Positions 49,166 through 60,871 of a stretch of DNA of 64,000 bases are shown here, piece by piece (the first letter of the stretch is position 1; the number at the start of each line of letters is the position of its first letter). Source of the stretch: Zygnema circumcarinatum SAG 698-1b (lineage: Eukaryota > Plantae > Zygnematophyceae); assembly GCA_037447605.1 (NCBI GenBank), contig CM074804.1, positions 6,487,909 to 6,551,908 of the forward strand. Reading direction: 5' to 3'. The notes beneath the pieces were generated by a model, which saw only the letters and a program-made list of their open reading frames with translations, had not been told where the DNA came from and ran no database searches. The position numbers and the translations under genes were made by a program.

Positions 49166-52100
49166 CTAGCAAACGGGGTGAGCTTCTCCGCTTTTCTGCT
49201 TTCTGTTTCCGTTGAGTTTACCAAAGAAGTTGTTGATCTGCCCCGTGAGTCCGCTCTCCCCTCCGCTCTCTTTCCGCTTCTCTCCAGGCAGACGGAAGTG
49301 TGCCTTCAGAGTCTGAATGCTCTTCTGAAGGTCTCTGACGAACCAATCCGCGAGGCCTCGACTTAGATCCTCCCGGACGCTCACTCTCATGAGGGTCACG
49401 TCCTGCCAACACAGTTTCCAACAACAAAAACTGGGTTTAAAACTAAAACTGAAACCTGCAAGCAAGGTTAGGAGTGTGAAGGAACCTCCAATCGGTGCCC
49501 TAAGAAGCATCGTCTTTACGAGTGGGACTTAAAAATGTGTGGATGAGAGTTTGGGGCACACCTCCATGTCTGGAGGCATAGCGTATACGGGCACAATCCA
49601 GCCATACTTCCGAAGTTCATCCACAATGTGGTGATTTGTCATCAGCCCTTCCTCATCTTCCCTGAATGCAATGGACAGACAGAAGCACAGGACCGTTCAA
49701 AACTAGCACGGCAAACGTAACTTAGCTTTAGGCAAATATGGTACTTGGCCTCCTCTTTACAGCTACTTTAAAGCACGATCCAAAAACAACGAACGGGCTA
49801 TAAAATATAATACAATTTCTCAAAAGAAACTTCCAAAGCTTCGTAAAATTGACAAAAAAGATTTTCTGCCTTCGTTGGCCAAAGCAATCATGGAGCCGGA
49901 AGAAACTCACTCAGGAAAACGTTTCAAGCCGAAAGCGACCAACGGAACACCAACGTCAGGGGATGAATAAATTTCAAATATGGCCGTTTTTTCAAGTTGG
50001 TTTCGGAGGTAAGCTGCCACAGTTACCACGTTTTGCATAACATTGACATATCCCTGTAACGAACTCATACCGATACGGTTAGATTCTAGACAGGGGAAGA
50101 CGTCAACGAAGTCACAGCTGAAGCTGTCAATTAACGGAAAATTATGCTGAGTGTAATTCAAAGGTACTGACACAAGAAAACAATGTGCGAATTAGACGGA
50201 GATGCTGCTCACTCTACAATTCGCAAGCCCTTTGTTTAAAAAAAGTGAAGTTGTACTGAAAAAAGGTCCTATATAGCTTAGAAATCAACTCGTCACGTAA
50301 TCTTTGCAGGTTGTATGTCGCTGAGAACCAGTGGATCATACCTGGAAACCAAGTCGGATGAATTGGTAGTATTGACCAATGATCTGCTGAGAGCCTGTGC
50401 ACCCCAACCACCCTTGAATCTGGCTAAAAATATCACCTAGCAAATTTAAAGTAGTCATTTGCCTGCTGTTTGCGATTAATTTCAGTACTCACCATTTCCT
50501 GGTTCATTAATGCACGTCCTTCCTACTGCAAAGCATCCACCAAACTATAGAAAGCAAGCCTTGCACACGCCTTCTTCTTGGTAACGAGTCGGCATGTTTG
50601 GCGGGGCCGATTCAGGAGAATTGAGGACATAAATATGACTCACTCTTGGAAAAATTGAGCGTGTATGTGGGTTGATCCTCTCCCAAATAACTGACGTGGA
50701 AGACCAAATCGTCAGGAAGAAAATCCGCATTACGCCAAACGACCCAGCCGACCCCTGGATATGTGAGTCCATATTTGTGACCGCTTGCGTTTATGCTTAC
50801 CACGTGGGACAGACGAAAGTCCCACTCCAGATCCGGGTATACAAAGGGGGCAACAAAGCCCCCACTGGCAGCATCCACGTGAATTGGCACATTTATCCTG
50901 CAGTAGACAGGCAGTCCGGACATACAGCTGATGATTCATAAGGCATGTTTTATCGCTGCAAAGAAGGAAACCACTTTTATTCGTGAAGAGTGTAGAGCAA
51001 GGGGCTCAAAGGAGTAGACAAAAAGGGGCTGACGTTGAAATGCAGTTCCTATCGTGGAAAAAGAACTGTGCAGGTAACGATACTATAAAAGATAACGACC
51101 ATCATGCCATGCTTCATGCTTCAAGTGCTGACTTTTTGTTGGATTCCGCAAATATGCGCTTCTGTTAGAGAAACAACTAAAGAGGGGGAGGATCTCAGCA
51201 GCGGCTGCCTTTCAGATGCGGTGAATGTAACTGCACTTGCAGCATTGGCAGCATCAGCTACTCGGATAAGTGACATCATCACAAGACGTCGCTGTACCTC
51301 CGTAAAATTAAGTTTGGAACAGAGCGGTTGCAAGTATTTTCTAAAGGTTGAGTCAACCTATGACACAGATGGCTTTCAGGAATCCAGATTGAATAACACA
51401 ACCAAAAACAATTCAGGGTTTTTTCAGGTGCTGGGAAAAGAGTACATACGGACTTAGGTCCTCTCTTTCATACCTTTTGTTTAGGATTATTTCTGCACCT
51501 AGTTTTACCACTCCATATTCTATCCACTTCCCGCTGTTTACAAATGCATCCACTCACCCGGTCTCGTTTTTCTTCTCCTCGAGTAAGTCGTTTAGCAGCT
51601 TCACATCCTCAAAATGGCCGGTGTATGTTGACCCCAAGATGGCAACGACTCCGATTGTATTCTCATTGCAAGCCTCTGCGGCTTTTCGAGGGTCCATGCA
51701 CGGACACTCCCTCGTCACCGGAATGCTTCTAATTTCAGTTTCAAAATAATTTGCAAACTTTTTCACAACCACCTGCAGCGTCACAATCACACCGCTTTTG
51801 CACGTTTAACGAGGTAACCTCCCAACCAGTCAATTAGCCCAGCACACTTGCTGTTCATTCCTGTCCCTTTTCCTTTTTTGTTGGGAGACGTGTGCAGGAC
51901 ACCCTTATAAACGATTCATGGACAACTGACGAACCTCATGCACCGCAGTGTGTGAGTTCTATATCTGTTACGAGCTCACATGTGTGTTTGCTCCGACAAC
52001 AATGTTTGGCTTCTCCGTGGAGAGCCCCTTCTCTTTCCGAGCGTGCTGCCACCTGCGCTTTAGGGCAAGGCCAGCCAACATCATGGCTTCGCTGCTTCCC

Positions 52101-53338
52101 ACCGTGGCAGTGCCAATGGCTGGCTCCGCTTCTCCCAGAGGAGCATGGAAGAGATTCGCAACCATGTTCACACATTGATCCTGCAGGCAAGGCGGGAGAT
52201 ATGTGGAAAAAAACATCAGGGTTCGCATAAGTCAATGGACTTGGAAGTCCGCGAACTAGTGACGAAGATATTCCTCCAGCAGGATAGTTCTCGGCAGAAT
52301 TTTCTTTTACCTGCAACTCTGAAATTGCTGGATACTCAGAGCAATCAATGGCGTTTTTGTTGAAGGCTCCAGACATGATATTGTCAATGTCTTTCTCCAT
52401 CCATGTTGTCACGAACGATGCGAGGTTTAGGCGAGGCTTCCCATCCATCTGCAACTGATCTGATACAATCTGCGCGGCCGCCTCCTTGGGAAGTTCCGAC
52501 CCAGGTAGGTGAAACCTGTCAGTACAGGGAGCAGATCATTGTCCTCCATGCTTCAATAGGCGGAAAGATCACAAGGTGAAGGACATCGACGTAGACAAAA
52601 TGTTTCACGTTTCATCGGCACATCGCAGTGAGATTAGAATGGGGATGACTTGCCTTCTGCCTTTTCCTTCCCCTGACTTAGCACAAAAGCGAGCTCAGTG
52701 TTATCAAGTTGACTTGAGCCCCTGCTCTACGGGTCGAAACATATTTGAGCGGATACCTACTTATGATTATCACAACGGCTCCCGTTGAGTACTCTGCTTG
52801 TGAATAAGTGGATCTAGAACCCTCCAACAAGTGTTCTAGAGATCCTTACAATTCTTTCTTCTATTAAGGTTCACGTTCTGAGCTGAAGTGCGGACACCTT
52901 TGGGAAATAAATTTTCGTTCATAGAGGAAAATTTAATGCAAACACCCGGTTGACACCTCTATTTTGGAAAAAGATAACGAAAACAATGCAGATACATTCA
53001 GCGTTGCACGCAGGCAAGAGTGATTCCATTAAGAAAAAGGAGTTCATAAGGTGATGTATATTTACAACAAGTGAGCCCATACGACTGGCGAAATGAATTA
53101 AACTTCGGCTATCTGCAAAAGACCGTTAAAACATCCATACGACTCTTGTCGGACTCTCTTTCCTTAGCTCCTGAATATCCCACAATCATGCACGCTCTGA
53201 CCGTGCGACGCCTCTCTCGCCGTCCAGGCAGCTCACTCACTTAGGGATGGGCTCCTTGATGTAGCGCGCGCCAAACACGGGCTCCACATTGCTGTCGGAC
53301 GGCGGCTCAACGTTCGACTGCGTCTTGGAGAGCACCAT
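49166..53338 (-). CDS. GAD: Glutamate decarboxylase (PLP-dependent)
   Basis: Exons: 53338-53241 (MVLSK...FGARY), 52515-52311 ([17 protein letters not shown]), 52180-51980 ([14 protein letters not shown]), 51772-51558 (AILGST), 50897-50644 ([10 protein letters not shown]; PLP-lysine motif [11 protein letters not shown]), 50394-50342, 50053-49911, 49661-49562 (GWIVPVY), 49402-49166 ([11 protein letters not shown]). Confidence 0.96.
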
Positions 53339-53570
53339 CCTGCGCGTGCGCGTGCGAGACAGACAGAGGGCGAGAGAGGCGAGAGGGAGAGAAAGGCCGA
53401 CCGCTGCACCCACCCTCTAAAGAAAGGCTATCTTTTTCTCTCTCTCTCTCTCTCTCGGGCGCAGACGACGTCCACGCGGCTGCGGCGCTGCTCTCGTCAG
53501 CGTGCCACGCGGCACGCCCAGGACCTGCCACGTTGCTAACATTCTCCACATCCTTGTCCATGCGGGCTGC

Positions 53571-53824
53571 CACGTGGTAACAGAATCCTTTTAATGAACC
53601 ACGTGGTGGGCTGTGGTCTCAGGCTCCCTCCAGATCGCCACGTGGCACCAGCAGGAGAGCGGCACGGCCCTGGAACACGTCCGACGTGGTGGGGCAGTCC
53701 GTACACGTGGGAGAAAGACGTGGCGCCAAGTGGGAACGTACGATGAATCGGACCGTCCATCTCCACGACCATAATCTTCCAAGAACAATATTTGAGGTTT
53801 TGAGACAAAGCTATTTTCCACGTG
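53571..53824. promoter_or_regulatory. G-box/ABRE cluster upstream of GAD
   Basis: CACGTG at 53571, 53600, 53639, 53704 and 53819, plus GACGTGG at 53683 and 53717. Confidence 0.65.
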
Positions 53825-53969
53825 GCCATTCTGACGGGGCCGTAAGGCCCGCACCCGTGCATGCATGCATGCCCGCATGGATAGTAAGCACCACGGCGCC
53901 GGTGCTTGCATTTTTGTAGCATTTGGGTTTTGGGTCAAATGGAGCACGATGGCAACATACAGAAGAAAT

Positions 53970-54095
53970 GGATGTGGCAATGATCTCACGATGGCGATGA
54001 TGCCATCAAATGTACATGCACAAAAGCATCATGGGGAACCACGAGGAACTGGTCGCAAAGGACCTAAGCACAGAAGGAAAAAGCTGGGAGCGGAA
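53970..54095 (+). repeat. Dispersed ~120-bp repeat, copy C
   Basis: ATGGGGAACCACGAGGAACTGGTCGCAAAGGACCTAAG core shared with copies A and B. Confidence 0.85.
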
Positions 54096-54903
54096 CATGC
54101 AGCCGTTTGCCAATCCGTATCACTCTCACTCTTCGTTTCTTCTGGTACTGAATTGCAGAGACAGTATCAAAGCTAGCATGGCGCTGTACTGTACCAAATC
54201 ATGAAATCATGGCTATCTAAGTAACTCTGCAAAATATCACCATCTTCGCAAGCAGTGCATGAATGAAAAGCAAAGCTCTGTCGTCTCGTCCCACAGTACT
54301 AAAACTGATTGATCAAACCGAAACACCAGTCAGCCCCACCAAACAACTCAATTCCAGAATTTAGAATGAAACATAGGAAACCACTTGGCTGCTCATGCCC
54401 AACTGTCAGATTACATTGACAGGAGATATGGCCCTTGCGCCACTGTACAACTGACTAAAAGTAGATCTACGTTGTGATTGAGTTGCTTATGTCTAGTTCA
54501 ACAACCATCCATTTCTAGCCAAATGGATGCTTGTCCACGGAGCGCCAAGATGAGTTCGTCTTATTGCTTTATTACAGGCGATAAACTTGAGCCTGCATCA
54601 AACAAGCAAGAAAGAATTGCACTTCAAACCACGTTAAAAATTCCAGCACAAATTTCTTACATCCAGTTCCCATATCACTCTATTACAAAGCAGGCACTTC
54701 CTACACTCAAAACCTCCGAACCTCGTTTCATTTGAGAACAGAAGCCAATAAACAAAACCATGTCACTCCCACATTCTCATCAGGGACTGCGACATTTTTT
54801 TTTACTTGAAAAAGTCAAGGAGGTTCCATACCCGAAGCTGACTTCGAAGAGACCCCCAAATGAGGCAGAACAACAGGTCCGTCACGCAGTGTTCAGAGGA
54901 GCA

Positions 54904-57900
54904 TCAAGTAGTGGCTTTGCTGGCTCTGTCAACTTTGGTCCCGCTGCTTTTTGCTCCGCTTGCGCCCGCTCCTTTCACCCCCGCCGTGCCACTTGCAGAA
55001 GTAGGATTCAGCACACTCTGTGCATAACGATGCAGCCTCCACAGTGTTGCTGGGTCCTGCATGGCATGGACAGGCCACTGTCAATCTCACATCGCAAGCC
55101 TTTCCAAGGCATTGACCACATTCAGAGGAAGCGCATACAAGCCCCATGGTAAGAGTGCAAGACTGGCTATCTTTCCAATCCATGCAGAAAATACAGTATG
55201 GATGACGATCATGATGCGTAAGTAAATTCAGAGCTGAGGAGAATCATGCTGAAAAAAGAAACTGCTTGCCTACTCGCCATAACCAAAAAGTTAAGGATTT
55301 GACGAAAAGAAAACCATAGAGAAGGAACTGAAGAACAACAAAATACCACACCCGTATGTCTAATGCCAACATATGCAACCATGGTACGCAAGCCTGTGAA
55401 AATGTGCAGATGGGCTAGCACGAAACTGACAGTGAAAAGAAGAAGAAAAGGCTAGAAGAAACATACAGGACAATAAAAACTGAAAAAACGGAATGAAAAG
55501 GAGGAAAACAAGACCGACTCCACCGCCGACTTCACGAAACAAGAGGATGCAATAGAGGAGCCATCCCATGTTTGCATACAAACATCACAAAAAATCAGCG
55601 TGCTCTGATGAACCCCGTCACACAGTCCCTTCCATAGGCTTGCAGGGCCAACCTGCGCATCAATGTCTACCTCCACCTCATCCGCAGCTGTATTGACATG
55701 AGGGTGCTTTTCTGCTATGATTTGAATCACTCTATTCAGAGTTTGGGAAGGTAGATGCTCCAAGTCCAGGCCCAGCTGCCTTTTCTCTTCCACGGTCATT
55801 GGCCTGCACGCAGTTGCTTCACTCTTCTCAGCCCCATGGACAGTATTCTGAAGCGGAAGATGACGCCCGACCAAGGACAGATCTTTGCAGTCAACAAATC
55901 TGATCTTCCCAGTCAGGATCATTGAGCATAAAAACATGACTGTCATGGGATACGGTGGTGTTGAGGATCAAACGATTCATATGAGCAAAAAAACGTTAAA
56001 GACAGAATCAAGATATGTCACATCGCGCTAAATGAAGTAGGGAACTATACGGTCATTCCTCTCCAAAGAATTTAAGAAAACAATTAGACAATACGGTTGG
56101 GAAGAGCAGGCGCCTAGTAGGCTTTGAATGATTCCCTTGAGCAAAGCAGCAAAATCCAGAAGAAAGCCAGTGACAACGCAATTGCTTGATCCACAAGACA
56201 ATGAGGAGGGACCTCTATATGAAGATTTATTTTGCTTCAGAAAATCGAGGAGCACTTTCAATAAACTTATCTACTAATGGCAAGATACACTTAGTTGATA
56301 CAACTAAGAACTAATTGACTTGAACAAATAACGCAGGATCCATGAGTGAACAACAATTTGCAAGAGCTTGAACAAATAAGCAAGAATATAGGAGACGGGC
56401 AGGAGAGAAGAAAGAGAACAAAATGGACGCAGGAAATGTGGAAAGACCCTTAACCTGCTTTTTGCTGCTGTTTTTTCATAAAGTTCTTGGAGTACCCGAG
56501 CAAGCTCGTCCAGCTGCAAAAAGGTATCCTACCATTCACTCTCAGTGAGATGCGGTACAACATTCCTTAAGAGTTCCATTTGAAAACCAACGGATAATCC
56601 AGCATACTTCCAAGAGATAGGCGGATCAGAAACAAAGGTTCAGCCTTCCTGTCTAACAAAAGTGTGTTGCGCTAAAACTGGACTCCAAGGGGCGGCTTGC
56701 AGACGAGGTTGATGAAATTACAAACGTAAGTTACGATATACTTTCTTTAAATAAACCTCACTTCCTCAATTCGATAAAGTGACACCGGTTGAAAGAAATT
56801 AGCACAGTCTACTACAGTCACGGAGGACATTCCTGGTAAACATAACCAGAGCCCGAGTTAACTTGCCTGCTTACTCAGATCATGAGCCATCTTCTCCGCT
56901 GCCGCCTCCTCTGCTAAGTGTGCAGCCATAACCTCCCGCTGCTTCATTTCCTCCTCTTCCTTCTGCCGCTTTTGTTCCTGTCCAAAAGCGGCAGGAGCAG
57001 AAAAAGAACAACACATATGGGCAGCGTAGCAAGTGAATACTTACTAACAGATGGCTAAACAGGCAAATGCTCAGATTTTAAACGCCAAACCCGCTGTGAC
57101 ACAAGCACATTATCGTCTCTTCTCAAAGGAAAGAATGCAGAAGAGCTTTGTGCCCTTCGTGCCAAACATCTTAAAATTTACACCTACACAGGAATTGCAC
57201 AGTTCCAGTCTTCATGACAATAAAGAGTTATGTCACCAAAGTGGCAATGGAGTGCCACTAACTACCTTCGTGACCTAAAGAGCCAACTACTGCAGGAAAG
57301 CCGCATTCCTCCATAAAAAGCAAACAGATTGAAAGTGACTGCTCCAACTGTCATGCTGCTTCATTAAAGAATGCATTCAGAAATCATGGTTCAGACTAAA
57401 TCCGAAGGATATGAACTGGCAATGGGTACATCAGAACTTCCAAATTCACGTGCAAAAAAAATCTCTGGCACATATTACACAATAACAATGGACGTGCTTC
57501 CCTCACGCATACCTTGCTCCTATGGCAAAATAATCTTAGGATCAGAGAATGCTCACCTCATCTGCCAGCTTGGGAACAAGAACAAATTCCCACTTTTCCT
57601 CCCACTTCTTAGACAGCGTTTCGGCCATATGATAGATGTCATGGTCCTTCGGATTGTACGTCAGTGCATTGCTGAAGGTCAATCGCACATCATCGCAAAC
57701 CTCTTGTGGATGCGTATAGCCTTTTCCTTCCTTGGCATCTAAGCGATCCTTAACAGTTCCGAGATCCATGGGCTTCTCAATGATCTGCGTAAGTTCACAT
57801 AATGAAAAATATATAAATCTTATTTGACTTGCTCCCCTTCCAATGGCTAAACACTAGAGGAACATGAAAACCAATCAGCCACTCATGAGTCGATCACTGA

Positions 57901-59428
57901 AGTAGCATGACGTACTCTGAACGCACCGCCCATCAACACGGATATAAAGGAAAAGGGATGGCCGACCATTTTAGAATCCATATCGACTTCTACCGCAAAT
58001 TCCAAAGCATGTCCAAGAGCAGCACTACACAACACTTATAACAGAATATATGAAAAGGACATCTACTTTCTTGAAAGTGACAAGCACTTATGCTAGACAT
58101 GCCATGATGCTTAACCCTGCTGTGCCGTCTAGTACGGCAAGACGGTATGGTTTGTATAGAACTTTTACACCATTTGTTCGAGGGCACTTTCATCAATAAA
58201 ACAACCGCTTCTTCAAGAATTACGAAGAGAAGCTCCAGCACTGTTAAGCATAATGTGCTATCAAGCATCAGTTGTGTTGTCATATGAGTCTTGCCCACGA
58301 ATATGTGCCCACCTCAAGTGCCGTTAGCCCTGGGCTTGCAAAATAAGCTCATTCATTCTCTAGCTACAATGCATTTCAATGCTAGAAAATGGCTCTTGAG
58401 TTCGTTGTTGTTTTATTGTAGGATGAAACAATCTGGTCGACTGCGACGACCTGATTAGCTACTTTGAAATAGATGGACTTCCATTTCCGACTGGCAAGAA
58501 TAGCCAGTTCTCCAAAACATTCGAGTCAGCCAGGAATGAACGGTACCTCGTGGTAATCGTGTAATTTTAATTCAACTGCGTCAACCGGGTTCAAAAATGG
58601 CCACGCCCATTTATGTTGCATAATCTGCACAGCAGAATGAGAACGCTTTTGCATGAGTAGAATGCCTTCCTTCAGACCGAGGAGGGTAAAAAGAAACACT
58701 GTAATTGCTTGAGCCGGGAGTGCCCTTTCACCAAGTTCTAGCATCAATGTAGAAAGTAGCTTTTGGGGCATGATGATTCTAGTGGTCATTGTTCATCACT
58801 GGTGTTCAAGAACAACGAATCCCATGCATGTGCAATAGCAAAAGCATAGTCCATCTATCATTTCTTTCCGCAATTGCAGTCATGTACGAGAAGAAATCAA
58901 GTGACCTGTCTTAGGATATTGCCCGATATGCGAATAAGGTCTGCCATACGCTTTGCTCGAGCTTGATTAATCTTCGCTGCGTCATCTTTGGAGACCTTTC
59001 CACTAAGGGAAGTGCTTGCTTTGCCTCGTTTGCTGCTTTGCTCTAGTGCTGCCTTAGCTGCTAACGTCTTGCTTTTGCGTACGGATGCCCTCATTCGTGT
59101 CACCTCGACTATTTGGCGTTCCAACTGTTAGTCAAATAAAGGGGAAAACAAACTGTTCAGAAATTAAAAACTAGCAGACGGGCTGCGGTTTACGTTTCGC
59201 TGGTTTTAAGAACAACTTCAAAGTGAAAGAACAAAAGGGGCCGAACTTTCAACAGCGAGTAAGTTTATTCATAGCGATCGTCCTGACAGTTAGCCTATCC
59301 CGAAGGGTTATTCTTTCCAATGCAAGAACCATCGGCTGGAGCTAAAGTGTAATACTAGATTTTACACATGCCTCTTCCATCTTGGCCGTTATCTCTTCCA
59401 CCTTCCGTTGCAGCAGTCCCCGTTTCAT
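54904..59428 (-). CDS. GTE1: BET-family bromodomain + ET-domain protein (GTE1/GTE6-like)
   Basis: Exons: 59428-59372 (MKRGLLQRKVEEITAKMEE; start uncertain), 59124-58906, 58624-58547 (QHKWAWPFLNPVD), 57784-57557 (IIEKPMDLGTVK..DVRLTFSNALTYN), 56977-56867, 56513-56455, 55803-55653 (MTVEEKRQL..EVEVDIDAQ), 55056-54904 (TLWRL). Confidence 0.92.
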
Positions 59429-59532
59429 AGTGCCCTTATATCAAGAAGCAGCGCAGCGTCTACTGATCTGAAGACGATGAGTCTAGCAAAGCAAAGCTTA
59501 CTCCCCGCAAGCACATTCGCCCTGCATTTCAG

Positions 59533-59593
59533 CCCCCCCCCCCCCCCCCCCCCCCCCCCCCCNNNNNNNNNNGGGGGGGGGGGGGGGGGGGGG
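59533..59593. other. Assembly gap (10 N, 59563-59572) flanked by poly-C and poly-G
   Basis: Poly-C, N run, poly-G. Confidence 1.
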
Positions 59594-60671
59594 CTATATC
59601 TTGTTCAGAAGGCGAAACTTGAACGACAGAGGAAGAAGAAAGGCTGAGGAAGGGCACTGTTTTTGGTGAAATTGTTCAAGGCTTTTCAGACAGTGCTTTT
59701 CATAACCAATGGAGGGATTTGACGATTTGTAGTTTGCCTTGGTAGGATTCTGCAAGATGCCGAGAGGTTTAAGGGAACTTAATTTTTCATTTTTAAGATT
59801 TTCAATTTAACCAATTTCCATTGCACCCTGTACTCTGCATCTGCACTGGAAATGAAATTATAATTCTCACCTAAAGTAATATCACGTAATTAAAGTTAAA
59901 GACATCATTCATTGGCTCACAGACGGAATGACATCCGAGGCGTAAAATTGCAAAATGTTGAGTTCCGTCGATTTGCATCTTTTGCCAGGGGGGAGCTATT
60001 CTCACCTCTGAAAACATTACCTTACAGCAATCTAGTTGCAAACTTCTAGGTTTGCTAACGAAAACTTGTACTCATTACATGCAAACTCGTACTGATTGTT
60101 TTGGCAAATGCTAACAATTTCATCGCTCCTTGAAATCTGGACTTTGCAAAGACATTGCCCTTGTCCCTTCCAAAAAAAAATGAATGAAATTTAGCGAAAA
60201 GGTTAACGTAGCACCTATTGAGAGTATGGTGTGGACACTCTCTCTCCCTCTCTCACTCTCTCCCTCTCCCTCTCCCTCTCCCTCTCCTCTCCCTTTCTCT
60301 CTTTCTCTCTCTTCTTCTCTCTCTCTCTCTCTCTTATTTAGCAATAACAATTGCAAGAACCTTACAACTGTTAACTGGACTGAACTGTCCTTTTCTCTTT
60401 GCCCATTACTAAATCAAGCCCTTTCATATTTTGATAATTATTCCTACCCAAGATATCTTGGAGAATATTATTAACGAAAGGAGTGATGTTGATCAAAATT
60501 GGCAACACATTGAAGTAGTTGCGATTCATGAACTTCTACAAAACCATATGGCAAAAATCATCCGATCTGATTTGAAGAGTTCTTCTCACATATATATTTT
60601 GCGTTACATAACTTACATCCCAAGTATGAAATCGAATGTTCAAACTTCTTACAAGAATCTAAGTGTGGTTT

Positions 60672-60728
60672 TCAGGGTTTCTAGGGTTTTCAAAAAAAAA
60701 CTGCCGGCCTCCTCTTTAAAACCCTAAA
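60672..60728. promoter_or_regulatory. Divergent telo-box-like motifs between GTE and pyridoxal kinase
   Basis: cagggtttctagggttttc (AAACCCTA on -) and aaaccctaaaa (on +), each in the sense orientation of the adjacent gene. Confidence 0.55.
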
Positions 60729-60871
60729 AACCGATGACCTCGGCAGATTGCCTGCGGCGGTCCGTACAGCAGGGTGCCGTACAGTGCCGTACGGCGGAAG
60801 GCACCGAGACGGCCGCGCTCCCTTCCCCTTCCGACCGCCACGTGGCGCCCTCACAGCAATCGCTGGCGCCC

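Noticed and set aside
56701-56731. Exon-like AG|...|GTAAGT segment on the + strand (encoding EVDEITN) inside a GTE intron
   Set aside because: It is on the wrong strand for GTE, and the GC donor at 56866 resolves the reading frame without it.
59533-59593. Poly-C/poly-G apparent inverted repeat (hairpin or G-quadruplex switch)
   Set aside because: It spans an N gap, so the spacing and even the orientation may be a scaffolding artefact.
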